64,000 nt of DNA, from assembly GCA_964567265.1 (NCBI GenBank), contig CAZMLK010000001.1:164710-228709 (forward strand), in the 5' to 3' direction. Origin of the DNA: an uncultured Candidatus Saccharibacteria bacterium (lineage in GTDB: Bacteria; Patescibacteriota; Minisyncoccia; Phycocordibacterales; UBA12088). Below, piece by piece: positions 1-9,519 of this stretch. Position 1 is the first letter of the stretch. Each line of letters opens with the position of its first letter. Position numbers and translations under genes: made by a program. Under the pieces are notes generated by a model that saw only the letters and a program-made list of their open reading frames with translations, ran no database searches and was not told the DNA's origin.

Positions 1-160
1 AGGTGATGTCCTCAGCTTCAAGCATTGCCGCGATGAATGCCGGCGAGGTGAAGTCGCCGAGGTGGAAGCCTGCGGTGATGCCGCGCTTGCCGATCTCGGC
101 AAGCGCGGCCGCGAGCGCTTCCCCGTTGTCGTGGCTGTCAGAAAGGACTGCGTATTTCAT
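1..160 (-). CDS. Metallophosphoesterase (YfcE-like), N-terminal fragment running off the window edge
   Basis: Reverse-strand translation from ATG at ~160: MKYAVLSDSHDNGEALAAALAEIGKRGITAGFHLGDF... (D-x-H-x-n-GD motifs of calcineurin-like phosphoesterases); truncated by window start. Confidence 0.6.
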   Translation of the reverse strand, partial: MKYAVLSDSHDNGEALAAALAEIGKRGITAGFHLGDFTSPAFIAAMLEAEDIT

Positions 161-732
161 TGCGTATCTTCGGTCTTGAACCCCTGCGCGTGGAGGATCA
201 GGTCCGCATGGAAGCGATTCCTATAGAGGACGATCTGAAGCGCCTCGAGATTCGCGAGCGCCGCTTCTACTTTTCCAAGGAACACGGAGTCCTTCGGTGC
301 GAATTCTGCGATCGCATCCCGCTCTGCTTCGATCGTGGTCTGTAACGATCGCGGAGTGGGGCAATTGCCGAGTACATCCTCGACGTCTTGGGCGCGCGAA
401 GCGTCGGTCGATATCCGTTTCGATTTATGGAAGAGCGTCGCGACGATGTCAGCGAATGTATTCCGAAGAAGCTCGTTTCCCGAAATCTGCTCAGCGATCT
501 TCTCGAAATCACCTTCAGGTCCCCGCGGCACGAGCGCGACGATGCTGTCGATATCCTCCTCGAGGTCCGGGCTGCCGACGAGAGAGAGCGTCTCAAGCAG
601 CGCGAGCGCGTCGGCATTGCCTCCAAGCAGCTCCTGGACATACCGTAAGTCTCTCTGCCGATCCAGCTCGCCGATCCGCTCGCGGACACCTTCAGATGGG
701 TTGATGGATTGTCGTGGATCAGCTTCGTGCAT
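157..732 (-). CDS. Hypothetical protein (191 aa)
   Basis: Long ORF in gene-dense minus-strand run between trxB and phosphoesterase; no recognisable motif. Confidence 0.5.
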   Translation of the reverse strand: MHEADPRQSINPSEGVRERIGELDRQRDLRYVQELLGGNADALALLETLSLVGSPDLEEDIDSIVALVPRGPEGDFEKIAEQISGNELLRNTFADIVATLFHKSKRISTDASRAQDVEDVLGNCPTPRSLQTTIEAERDAIAEFAPKDSVFLGKVEAALANLEALQIVLYRNRFHADLILHAQGFKTEDTQ

Positions 733-753
733 ATGCTTTCGGTTTCAGTTCGT

Positions 754-1674
754 CTAACGAGCCTTCAGGGTCGCGTAGATGTCTTCAAGCGCCTTCACGC
801 CATCTCCTGCCGCGATGTTGTTCTGGTGATAGAGCTCGTCTGTGCAGTCGCCTGCGGCCCAGATGCCCGGGACCGAAGTCCGCTGGTTCCGCGGATCCAC
901 GATGACGCGCTTATATGCATCCAAAGGAACGATCCCCTCGGCGTAGTCGGTATTGGGAAGCATGCCGATCTCGACGAAGATGCCGGTCACGGGGATTTCC
1001 TTCCGCTCGCCCGTTGTTTTGTCGGTATAGACGAATGCGTTCACGAATTTATCCCCCTTCACTTCAACCGGGTCCGCATTCAGGACTACCTTCATGTTCG
1101 GATGCTGGGTGACCGCTTCAATGGTCGCAGGGTCGGCGCGGAGCTCGTTGCTCCGGTTGAAGAGTGTGACGCTCTTCGCGTATGCGAGGAGCTGGGCCGC
1201 AGTCTCGAATGCCGCATTGCCGCCGCCGATCACGATGACATCCTGGTCCGCGAACAGCGGCCCGTCGCAGGATGCGCAGTAGGTAAGGCCTTTCTGGTCG
1301 AATTCTTTCGCACCCGGCACCTCAAGCTCGCGGCGGTGGCCGCCTGAAGCGATGAGGATTGCTTTCGCGCACTCCGATTTGTCGGTCCCGTAGCTTACCT
1401 TGAATCCGCCTTCGACTTTCTCGATCTTCGTCGCGCGGGCTTCGATGATCTTCACCCAGTCGCCCTTGTAGGCATCGAGGTGTCTGGTCATGGTTGCGGC
1501 GAGGTCCATACCCGAAATTGCAGGGGTACCAATCCAGTTCTGGATCTCCGATGAGACTGCGCTCTGGCCGCCCATGTCTTCGGCAATCAATATCGTTTTC
1601 AATTGTTTTCGAGACGCGTATACTCCGGCAGAAATTCCAGCGGGCCCGCCGCCGATGATGATGAGGTCGTGCAT
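754..1674 (-). CDS. trxB: Thioredoxin-disulfide reductase
   Basis: GGGPAG FAD motif, redox-active CASCDG, second GGGNAA NADPH motif; start trimmed to MHDLIIIGGG. Confidence 0.85.
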   Translation of the reverse strand: MHDLIIIGGGPAGISAGVYASRKQLKTILIAEDMGGQSAVSSEIQNWIGTPAISGMDLAATMTRHLDAYKGDWVKIIEARATKIEKVEGGFKVSYGTDKSECAKAILIASGGHRRELEVPGAKEFDQKGLTYCASCDGPLFADQDVIVIGGGNAAFETAAQLLAYAKSVTLFNRSNELRADPATIEAVTQHPNMKVVLNADPVEVKGDKFVNAFVYTDKTTGERKEIPVTGIFVEIGMLPNTDYAEGIVPLDAYKRVIVDPRNQRTSVPGIWAAGDCTDELYHQNNIAAGDGVKALEDIYATLKAR

Positions 1675-1763
1675 AGGGGAATATTGTACCACTTGATGCG
1701 TGATTGCATCACGCAAGTGCGCATTGTATAAAATCCTGAGGAACAGCCAGGGAGTATGTACGG

Positions 1764-2096
1764 ATGCCCGTCTTTTGCCAGATGTTCTTAGTGGCGGTCG
1801 CCGCCTTCATGGCAGGCTTATTCTGCGGCCCGCAAAGCATCTTCGTGATCCTCGTCATGTCCGCTGCCATGCTGTATCTCATCTGGTGGCATGAACGCTA
1901 CGCTGAGATGCATGCGTATGAAGCGGCGTACTGCAAGGCGTTGATCTTGCTTGCCGCAGTGGTGTCGACCGGATCGGGCATGATGTGGCGCCGCGACATC
2001 AGTCATGATATGTCGGTCATTTGGAACGTCTTCACGCTTGGCATTGTCATCTATATCGGCGTTTTGCTTCGCCGATCTGCTGCAAAGGGTTCTTGA
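1764..2096 (+). CDS. Small hydrophobic membrane protein (hypothetical)
   Basis: 110-aa ORF with 3 predicted TM segments. Confidence 0.4.
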   Translation: MPVFCQMFLVAVAAFMAGLFCGPQSIFVILVMSAAMLYLIWWHERYAEMHAYEAAYCKALILLAAVVSTGSGMMWRRDISHDMSVIWNVFTLGIVIYIGVLLRRSAAKGS

Positions 2097-2562
2097 TGTG
2101 AGTATGCCCGCCGGCCCCTTCGGGGCCGGCGGGCAATTGCTTTTTCCAGGTTCATATTGTATAAAACACCCTGGTCAGTTCAGAGGAGTATCCGTCGTGA
2201 GTCCTATGCGATTCATCATCTCGCTTCCAGCGCTCGCGCTCTGGCTGCTTGCGTACCATGTGGGTGTCCGCTATGGAGGTATGGCAATCGAGACAATCTT
2301 CTGGCTGTCGCTCATTGCCGCTTTCGTTAGCGTTCTTCTGAAGATGTGCGATTACATCACCGCGAATACTGGCACATCCTTTATTTCAGCTTCTGCTGGA
2401 ATATGCATGGCTGGGATCCAGTCGGTGTTCCCTGGATACCGGCCAGAGTCCAGCCTGCCGTTCTGGTGGGCCGTGTTTTCGGGAAGCCTCGTTCTTGCAG
2501 GCATGATGATCTTCACCTTCAGGGACGCGCACCGAGAGAGTGGGAGGAAAATCACGACCTAG
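2005..2562 (+). CDS. Membrane protein (hypothetical), start uncertain
   Basis: 185-aa ORF, multiple hydrophobic helices, followed by terminator hairpin 2575-2612. Confidence 0.4.
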   Translation: MICRSFGTSSRLALSSISAFCFADLLQRVLDVSMPAGPFGAGGQLLFPGSYCIKHPGQFRGVSVVSPMRFIISLPALALWLLAYHVGVRYGGMAIETIFWLSLIAAFVSVLLKMCDYITANTGTSFISASAGICMAGIQSVFPGYRPESSLPFWWAVFSGSLVLAGMMIFTFRDAHRESGRKITT

Positions 2563-2574
2563 ACTGAGAATGTC

Positions 2575-2612
2575 ACAGGGCCGTCCTTATGGACGGCCCT
2601 GTTTTCTTTTTA
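2575..2612 (+). terminator. Rho-independent terminator
   Basis: cagggccgtcc-ttat-ggacggccctg stem followed by ttttctttttac. Confidence 0.6.
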
Positions 2613-2631
2613 CAATCTTCGAAACCCTCGG

Positions 2632-3834
2632 TTACTTGATCTTGGAGCGGCGGAGGAATGCGGGAACCGCTCCCCAGTCGTCATCATCGTCTTCCGCCAC
2701 TTTCGGCGCATCAGCCGGGTCTTCATTCACTACTTCTGGCACCTCTTCAGATTTCAAGGTCATCGATTTCGGCGTAGGGATGTCGATCGCATTATGGATC
2801 GCCTGGCGATCCTCGCCGAACGACTTCACTTCCTCGCGGAGGGTCGTATTGAAAAGGGATGAGGAGCGGGATGGGCCGGTCTCCGGGAAACCGGTCGCGA
2901 TCACGGTCACCTTCACTTCGTTCTTCTTCAGCTTCTCGTCCTTGAAGGCGCCGAAGATGACGCGCGCGTTCGGGTCGATCGATTCGGTGATGACCTTCGC
3001 GGCATCCTGGACTTCGAGCATGCCGAGGTCGTCGCCGCCCGCGATCGCGAAGAGCACGCCCTTCGCGCCCGAGATCGAGATCTCGAGGAGGGGAGAGTTG
3101 ATGGCTGCGCGTGCTGCCTCTTCCGCGCGCTTGTCGCCCGAGGCGACGCCGACGCCCATGAGCGCTGAGCCCGCATTCTCCATGACGGAGCGGATGTCGG
3201 CGAAGTCGACGTTGACGATGCCCGGGGTCGTGATGAGGTCAGAGATGCCTTCGACTGCCTGGCGGAGGACGTCATCGCAGAGCGCGAAGGCGTTCTTGAC
3301 CGAGGTGTCGCGATCGACGACCGCGAGGAGGCGGTCGTTCGGGATGACGATGAGCGCATCCACCTCGCGCTTCAATTCCTCGAGTCCCTGCTCGGCCATG
3401 CGCTGGCGCTGCTGGCCTTCGAATGAGAACGGCTTGGTGACGACGCCGACGGTAAGCGCGCCGACTTCCTTCGCAGCGCGTGCGACGACGGACGAAGCGC
3501 CCGTTCCGGTGCCGCCTCCCATGCCGCAGGTGATGAAAGTCATGTCGGATCCTTTCAGGGAATCGATGACTTCTTCCTTCGTCTCTTCCGCTGCGCGCTT
3601 TCCGACATCAGCATGGCCGCCGGCGCCGAGTCCGCGAGTGAGGTTCTTTCCGATATGGATCTTCTTCTTCGCCAGCGACTGCTGGAGGTCCTGCGCATCG
3701 GTGTTGACGACAATGAACTCGACGCCCTTCACCTTGGAATTGATCATGTGGTTGACCGCGTTCTTGCCCGAACCGCCCACTCCGACTACTCGGATGCGTG
3801 CGAATGCCTCTACGTCTGAATTGACTTGTTTCAT
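2632..3834 (-). CDS. ftsZ: Cell division GTPase FtsZ
   Basis: GGGTGTG tubulin signature, N-terminal VVGVGGSGKNAVNHM, acidic C-terminal tail. Confidence 0.95.
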   Translation of the reverse strand: MKQVNSDVEAFARIRVVGVGGSGKNAVNHMINSKVKGVEFIVVNTDAQDLQQSLAKKKIHIGKNLTRGLGAGGHADVGKRAAEETKEEVIDSLKGSDMTFITCGMGGGTGTGASSVVARAAKEVGALTVGVVTKPFSFEGQQRQRMAEQGLEELKREVDALIVIPNDRLLAVVDRDTSVKNAFALCDDVLRQAVEGISDLITTPGIVNVDFADIRSVMENAGSALMGVGVASGDKRAEEAARAAINSPLLEISISGAKGVLFAIAGGDDLGMLEVQDAAKVITESIDPNARVIFGAFKDEKLKKNEVKVTVIATGFPETGPSRSSSLFNTTLREEVKSFGEDRQAIHNAIDIPTPKSMTLKSEEVPEVVNEDPADAPKVAEDDDDDWGAVPAFLRRSKIK

Positions 3835-3959
3835 ATAGTATGTTCTGCCAGAGGAGTGATTGAACTATCATATCAGAAAAAAGACCCGGTCTTGATTGAC
3901 ATATTTGCCGATATATTCTTGAGTACGGGGAGACCAGCCTGTCGCATTCGGGAGTACTT

Positions 3960-4169
3960 ATGGACGAACATCGATTCACGGCTATCTCGCCGCCCCGGTG
4001 GCTCCAGTGCCTTGCAGTGCTCGCTATCACGCTGGTACTCGCTGGCATCGCGATTCCGCAGGTGTGCCCGAGCGCAGGCATGATTCCGCTCTTCGCAGGA
4101 ATCCTGTCCCTGATCGCAGTACTCATCGCCCACGAATTCTGGAAAATCCGGATACGCGGCCACGCCTGA
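3960..4169 (+). CDS. Small membrane protein (hypothetical, 69 aa)
   Basis: Two hydrophobic helices; followed by terminator 4182-4223. Confidence 0.3.
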   Translation: MDEHRFTAISPPRWLQCLAVLAITLVLAGIAIPQVCPSAGMIPLFAGILSLIAVLIAHEFWKIRIRGHA

Positions 4170-4181
4170 CGCTCGCGAAAA

Positions 4182-4223
4182 ACGCCCTCTCGAATTGAAT
4201 CGGGAGGGCGTCTTGCTTTTTGG
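4182..4223 (+). terminator. Rho-independent terminator
   Basis: acgccctc...ggagggcgt hairpin then cttgctttttgg. Confidence 0.5.
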
Positions 4224-4237
4224 ATACGCTGCGGAGC

Positions 4238-5428
4238 CTACGGCAAAAACTGCTTCAGCCATTTGCCGATCGAGACGAAAGTCTCGCGCGCGGGACCGAC
4301 ACCTGAAAGGCTGCTGTCTTCCTTGTCCGACATGCCCCAGATGGTAAGGCCATAGGCGACCGCCCACGAGGAGTCCTTGATGCGGACACCGCCCTGCGGG
4401 GTCTCGAGCGCGATTGATTTCGAAGGAATCTTTAGCGACGCTCGCGCGAGATCCTCGACGCCTCCTGATGAGGAGCCGCCGCCCGTGAGGATGATGCCGG
4501 CAGGGAGGAGCCCGCTCTTGCCGATCTTCTTCAGATGCGCATCGATGAGCTCGAAGATGTCGGAAAGGCGGGCCGAAATGATCTCATCGAGCTTCTTCTT
4601 CGAATGGCTGCCGCCCGAGACGGCACCGCGCTTCAGATGCTCCGCTTCATCTAGAGAGACCTTGAAGCCGAGCGCGATGTCGTTCGTGATGTCGGTCGAA
4701 CCGATCGGGAAGGTCTTCAGCGAGATCGGGATGTTGTTCTCGAAGACGGCGATCGACACGGTTTCCGCGCCGATGTTCGCAAGCACGCAGCCGGCGATTT
4801 TCTGTGCCTTTGAGAGTGTGACGAAGCTCGCGGCGATCGGAGAGGCCATGACATCGGTCACGGAGATTCCGATCTCCTCGATGGTCGCAATCAAGTCATG
4901 GAGGTGCTGCTCCAGGGTCGTGATGAACAGCGTCTCGACTTCGAGCTTGTTGCCCTTCATGCCTTGCGGCCGGCCAAGGACTTTCTGCCCGTCGAGTACG
5001 AATGAGAGAGGAATCGTGTTGATGATCTTCTTGTTGACGATCATCGGCGAGACGCGCTCCTCGCTGTTGTCGATCGCGCGCTTGATATCGAGGTCGGTCA
5101 CTTCAGAGTCGGCGCGCGAGATGATGGTCTCGCCGCGTCCGCGGACCTCGTCGAGGCCGACGCCGCCGACCGAGAGGTAGGCTCTGCGCACCTTGAACCC
5201 CGCCGCCTTTTCAGCTTGCGAGACGGCAGCGCGGATGGAGCGGGCGACATCGCCCTGGTTGATGATGTATCCATGACGGAGGCCTTTCGATTGCGAAAAG
5301 CCGCTTCCGATGATGGTCGGAAGCGCGGCTCGTGTTTTCGGGCCAGCCTTCGGATCGCCGGATTCAGCAATGATGACCTTGATCTGGAAGGTGCCGACGT
5401 CGATGCCTACTGTGCTGTGTTTGGTCAT
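4238..5428 (-). CDS. ftsA: Cell division protein FtsA (actin-like ATPase)
   Basis: N-terminal VGIDVGTFQIKVI actin-fold motif, immediately upstream of ftsZ. Confidence 0.9.
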   Translation of the reverse strand: MTKHSTVGIDVGTFQIKVIIAESGDPKAGPKTRAALPTIIGSGFSQSKGLRHGYIINQGDVARSIRAAVSQAEKAAGFKVRRAYLSVGGVGLDEVRGRGETIISRADSEVTDLDIKRAIDNSEERVSPMIVNKKIINTIPLSFVLDGQKVLGRPQGMKGNKLEVETLFITTLEQHLHDLIATIEEIGISVTDVMASPIAASFVTLSKAQKIAGCVLANIGAETVSIAVFENNIPISLKTFPIGSTDITNDIALGFKVSLDEAEHLKRGAVSGGSHSKKKLDEIISARLSDIFELIDAHLKKIGKSGLLPAGIILTGGGSSSGGVEDLARASLKIPSKSIALETPQGGVRIKDSSWAVAYGLTIWGMSDKEDSSLSGVGPARETFVSIGKWLKQFLP

Positions 5429-5490
5429 AGGTACAAAAATACCCGCCGAATGCGAGTTGTAACATCGCAGATCAGCAAAGGCGTACGGTG

Positions 5491-5901
5491 CTAAGAAGAC
5501 GCGTGCGGGTCAGGCAAATCAAAAGCGCGCATCCACCTGCTCTCCAATTTTTCCATTCTACCCCCATGTTCGAGTCCCTTCAAATGAAGCAGCCCGTGGA
5601 TAAAGAGATATCCAGCGAACTTTTCGGGAGTCATGTCGAATTTTTTTGCATCGACGCGCACACGAGGGAGTGCAAGATAGATCTCGCCGGCGGTCTTCGA
5701 GAGCGGGAACGAGAGCACGTTCGTCGGATAATCCTTGCCGCGATAGGTGCGGTTGAGCCTCCGGGAGCGCTGATCGCCGATGCAGACAAGGGTAAGATCG
5801 TAGTTCTTGCCCAGGATCTGCTCCTTCATAGACGAAAACGGCAGCCGGGGAGATTTTCCGGCTGTCGTGTTCACGAGCGTGAAGGACGCTCCTTTCTGCA
5901 T
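5491..5901 (-). CDS. ybeY: rRNA maturation endoribonuclease YbeY
   Basis: HGLLHLKGLEH metal-binding motif of UPF0054/YbeY, 136 aa. Confidence 0.8.
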   Translation of the reverse strand: MQKGASFTLVNTTAGKSPRLPFSSMKEQILGKNYDLTLVCIGDQRSRRLNRTYRGKDYPTNVLSFPLSKTAGEIYLALPRVRVDAKKFDMTPEKFAGYLFIHGLLHLKGLEHGGRMEKLESRWMRAFDLPDPHASS

Positions 5902-5902
5902 A

Positions 5903-6157
5903 CTACTTCTTGTGAGGGGCCCCTGGGACGTGTTCCGCGATCTTGCCGCTCTTCAGCATCTCGTTGTAGTTCTCGCGGCGGGCGATCTTCTGGAGGGTCT
6001 TCTTCTTCTGGGTTGCCTTTGAGAAGCCGCGTGCGTAATAGCGGATGCTGCGGACACGCTGAAGGATGCCTGAACCCTGGACGCGCTTGGTGAACTTGCG
6101 TACCACGCTCGCGGTCGATTCGTTGTGGGCCTTCTCTATTTGTACGTTGATTGCCAT
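5903..6157 (-). CDS. rpsU: 30S ribosomal protein S21
   Basis: 84-aa basic protein, KRVQGSGILQRVRSIRYY, typical S21 length and composition. Confidence 0.8.
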   Translation of the reverse strand: MAINVQIEKAHNESTASVVRKFTKRVQGSGILQRVRSIRYYARGFSKATQKKKTLQKIARRENYNEMLKSGKIAEHVPGAPHKK

Positions 6158-6258
6158 AGGTTTGGAGACTATACCACAGGGGGGCGATAGGGCGCAACTA
6201 CGGGGTTTCCCGCCCTTTTGGCTTCGCCAAAAGGGCGGGAACTGACACTCTTCGACCG

Positions 6259-7494
6259 CTAGGCGCGGCTCATCTTCAGATAGGTAGGAAGGGCATCGAT
6301 CCGGACGGTCTGCTGGGCGCGGGTCCCGATATTCCGGACGATGACAGAGCTTTCGACGGCTTCCTTCTGTCCCATGATGATGAGATACGGAATCGAGAGG
6401 CGCTCTGCTTCTGAAATCTGGCTCGAGAAGCCGGATTCCGCTATCGAATGGTGGAATGGGATATGTGCCTTCCGCAAGGTCTCGATGACGGAAATGCTGT
6501 GGCGCTTGGCCTCGGTCCCGAGATGGACGAAATAGACCTTCGGCGCTTTGACGCGGATAGGCGCGACCGCGGAGGTGATGGTATTTCCGGGGTTCTGCAT
6601 TGAGAAAATGATGCCGACGGCAGGAATGGCGGTCTTGAACATGCGCTTCGAGAGCTCATCGTAGCGGCCGCCGCGGATGCGGAGATGTGAGGAGGCGGCA
6701 GGCTCGGACGGCGCAGTACCTTCGGCCGCGCGTTCCCTGATCTCGAAGACGGTTTCTGTGTAGTATTCGCGGCCGCCCATCAGCGTGTCATCAAGCTCAT
6801 AAGGGATTCCGGTCGCTTCGAGCTGCTCCAGGACTTCACGGAAATGGCGTCGGCTTGCTGCAGAAAGGAATTCGACCGGGCGCGGGAGTTCCTCGACGAT
6901 CGGATGCTTCTTCTTGATGAGATAGAGGAATGCTTCCATCGGATCGGTCTTGAGCGCAAGTTCAGCAGGAGCGGGGAGGTCGGCAATCCGCTTCCGCAGG
7001 TTTGATGCGAGCTCGCGGCCGAACCGCGCGGTCGAATCCTTGTCGCCGATAGAGTTCAGGTACACCTGCATGTCGGAGTGCCCGCCTTCCTCGAGAATCG
7101 AAAGCGACGCCTTGAGGACAACAGCCTCGCCAACGCTGCTCTGATTGGCGCCGTATGCCTGGAGCCCGAAGGAGAAAGACTTGAAATCGGATTTAGGAGA
7201 TGCGCCTTTCTTCACGAAATCGAGCGTGGTGTGGAAGAAGAGGAACGGATTGCGGCGGGAGAGGAGTCCTTGCTCGCCGCACACGCGGAGCGTCTTCGTG
7301 AATTCGGTACCCGCGAGGTCGGTGCTTCGGAGCGGTGCCGAATTTGGCACGGGGAACAGCCGCTCCTTCTTGCCGCCGCGCGAATTGAGGGCTTTCTCGC
7401 TCACCTCGGTGAACGGAAGGAATCCATAATGGCTTGCGGTAGTCGCTGCGCGCTTTAAAAAATCTGCGCCATTCTGTTTGCGTCCTTGGATCAT
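6259..7494 (-). CDS. hisS: Histidyl-tRNA synthetase homologue (class II aaRS core plus anticodon-binding domain), motif 2/3 divergent
   Basis: REYYTETVFE and RGGRYDEL HisRS motifs, C-terminal HGTP-anticodon-like domain; see finding on missing arginines. Confidence 0.7.
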   Translation of the reverse strand: MIQGRKQNGADFLKRAATTASHYGFLPFTEVSEKALNSRGGKKERLFPVPNSAPLRSTDLAGTEFTKTLRVCGEQGLLSRRNPFLFFHTTLDFVKKGASPKSDFKSFSFGLQAYGANQSSVGEAVVLKASLSILEEGGHSDMQVYLNSIGDKDSTARFGRELASNLRKRIADLPAPAELALKTDPMEAFLYLIKKKHPIVEELPRPVEFLSAASRRHFREVLEQLEATGIPYELDDTLMGGREYYTETVFEIRERAAEGTAPSEPAASSHLRIRGGRYDELSKRMFKTAIPAVGIIFSMQNPGNTITSAVAPIRVKAPKVYFVHLGTEAKRHSISVIETLRKAHIPFHHSIAESGFSSQISEAERLSIPYLIIMGQKEAVESSVIVRNIGTRAQQTVRIDALPTYLKMSRA

Positions 7495-7516
7495 TGGTGC
7501 TCGAATCGGGTCATTA

Positions 7517-8119
7517 CTACTCCGTAGTGCTATTCGTCGCAGAAATGTCGTACTTGCCTGGGAAAATATTTATCCGCGCGAGCGGCAGGAGACGGACCGC
7601 TGCCCGTCCGATCATGTCTTCTTTCGGCACCGGGCCCCAGATACGGGAATCGGAGCTCGCGCGGCGATTATCGCCCATGACGAAGTACTCGGTATCCGAA
7701 AGCTTTGTGGTGCCGTAGAATTCGCGGTCGTTTCCTTGGGCCACATAGGGTTCAACCAATTGCTCGGTGCGCTTGCCGTCTTTGTCGTGGATGATGACGG
7801 TGCTGCCGCGCACTTCAACCGTCTCGCCCGGAAGTCCGATGAGACGCTTGATGAAGTACTTTGAAGTGTCGCGCGGATATTTGAAGATGACGACATCGCC
7901 GCGCTTCGGTGCGTCGAAGCGGTAAGAGAGCTGGTCGACGATGAGGTATTCGCCGGTCTCGAATGTTGGAGACATCGATTCGCCCGACACGATGAAAGGC
8001 TGTGCGACGAAAAGTCGGAATGGGACGACGATGAAAAGGGCTATGACCGCGAACTTGAAAATTTCGGTGAAGAAATTTTCTTTTTGAGGTTCCATTGCGA
8101 CGTATTGTAATACGTCCAT
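7517..8119 (-). CDS. lepB: Signal peptidase I
   Basis: SGESMSPT (Ser box), KRLIGLPGE, GDNRRASSDSR boxes; start trimmed to MDVLQY before TM anchor. Confidence 0.85.
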   Translation of the reverse strand: MDVLQYVAMEPQKENFFTEIFKFAVIALFIVVPFRLFVAQPFIVSGESMSPTFETGEYLIVDQLSYRFDAPKRGDVVIFKYPRDTSKYFIKRLIGLPGETVEVRGSTVIIHDKDGKRTEQLVEPYVAQGNDREFYGTTKLSDTEYFVMGDNRRASSDSRIWGPVPKEDMIGRAAVRLLPLARINIFPGKYDISATNSTTE

Positions 8120-8215
8120 GTTTTTGACACAAGAATATTTTGCGTGTCGCGTTACTGAAATCGTGCAGCGTGCACGCGCGAATGCTAAACTGTTCCGACA
8201 AGAAACATTTTTTAT

Positions 8216-8818
8216 ATGGCAACTGCAAAATCGTGGATCATCGTCGGTCTTGGAAATCCCGGAGAGGAATATGCAGAGACGCGCCACAACACCGGACGCA
8301 TCGTCGTCAGCAAGATCGCCGAGTCGTTTGATGGAGGGGAATGGAAGACTGAGAAGATGCTTACGGCAGCGGTCGCTAAGGGAAGCGTCAATGGGAATCC
8401 GGCACGCTTCGTGCTCCCGAATACCTTCATGAACCTATCGGGAAAGTCGGTAAAACCTCTTATTCCTGGCCCCAAAGCCGCTGAGAGGCTCATCGTGGTC
8501 TACGATGACATCGATCTGCCATTCGGCTCCTTGAAGATCTCCTACGGGCGGAGCAGCGGCGGCCACAACGGGCTTGAATCTGTCATCAAGTCCTTGAAGA
8601 CCAAGGACTTCGTCCGCATCCGTATCGGCGTCGCGCCGACAACACCGGGCGGCAAGCTCAAGAAGCCCTCAGGCGAAGAGGCAGTCGTGAAATTCTTGCT
8701 CGGTGAATTCAAGAAGCCGGAGCTGGAGACACTGAAAAAAATAATCAAGCGCGTGGAGGAAGCGGTAACGATTATCGTGACCGAAAGCCGCGAGAAGGCG
8801 ATGAGCGTGACTCGCTAA
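8216..8818 (+). CDS. pth: Peptidyl-tRNA hydrolase
   Basis: IVGLGNPGEEYAETRHNTG N-terminus, 200 aa. Confidence 0.9.
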   Translation: MATAKSWIIVGLGNPGEEYAETRHNTGRIVVSKIAESFDGGEWKTEKMLTAAVAKGSVNGNPARFVLPNTFMNLSGKSVKPLIPGPKAAERLIVVYDDIDLPFGSLKISYGRSSGGHNGLESVIKSLKTKDFVRIRIGVAPTTPGGKLKKPSGEEAVVKFLLGEFKKPELETLKKIIKRVEEAVTIIVTESREKAMSVTR

Positions 8819-8908
8819 CTGCTGTCCGCTTGCATTTTTTTGCCACTTCGGTAATGTGCGGGATAGAATTTCTACCCCACCTCTAGCAATCAGGCAGGAG
8901 ATCCGACG

Positions 8909-9439
8909 ATGGCACTTGTGGAGTTTCCGACAGACGTTCTCGTTCGCGCGGTCGCGCTCTCGCTTCCGACGGACGCGCTTATCAGAGCGCGTGACGATTC
9001 GTACTATAAAATCACTCTTGCAAATACGGCAGAAGGATTCGTCAGAACGTTCGGTTGCCGCTTGTCGCACGGAACGGCACAACAGCTTCAACTGCGTGAT
9101 CTTCAAGTGGAGTGGGGCATGTGGGAGTTATTTCCTCGAGTCTCCCGTGCGGTTCTCCGCGAACGAGAGCAAGATTCAGCCATCCTAGAGCTCAGTGAGC
9201 TTTTGGCGATGCCGATCTTCTATAGAAAAGTCGGACGGCGCACCGCGCAGTGTGTCGCAAAAGGAATTTCCGATTCGGCTCTGCGTGCTCGTCCGATGAG
9301 CAAGAGACGAGCGGTGGCGCCACCTCGAAAGGATGAACTGGTCACAAATGCTGTCTACCTATATGAGCGATTCGTTGCCACAAGGCCGCGGCGCCCCGTG
9401 CGCAATCAATGGGGTGCGCAAGAATCTGCATTTCCGTGA
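8909..9439 (+). CDS. Hypothetical protein (176 aa)
   Basis: ORF with plausible spacing; no motif recognised. Confidence 0.4.
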   Translation: MALVEFPTDVLVRAVALSLPTDALIRARDDSYYKITLANTAEGFVRTFGCRLSHGTAQQLQLRDLQVEWGMWELFPRVSRAVLREREQDSAILELSELLAMPIFYRKVGRRTAQCVAKGISDSALRARPMSKRRAVAPPRKDELVTNAVYLYERFVATRPRRPVRNQWGAQESAFP

Positions 9440-9462
9440 TATGTTCGACTGATGATTAACGA

Positions 9463-9506
9463 CACACCCCGCCGTCCAAAAGGACGGCGGGGTGCATTCG
9501 TTTTAC
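9463..9506. terminator. Bidirectional terminator hairpin between convergent genes
   Basis: caccccgccgtcc-aaaa-ggacggcggggtg with flanking T/A tracts. Confidence 0.6.
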
Positions 9507-9519
9507 GCACTTCGCCTAA

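Noticed and set aside
2540-3838. 432-aa plus-strand ORF
   Set aside because: Exactly antisense to ftsZ. Ser/Thr/Ala/Arg-rich low-complexity translation typical of the opposite frame of a GC-rich gene.
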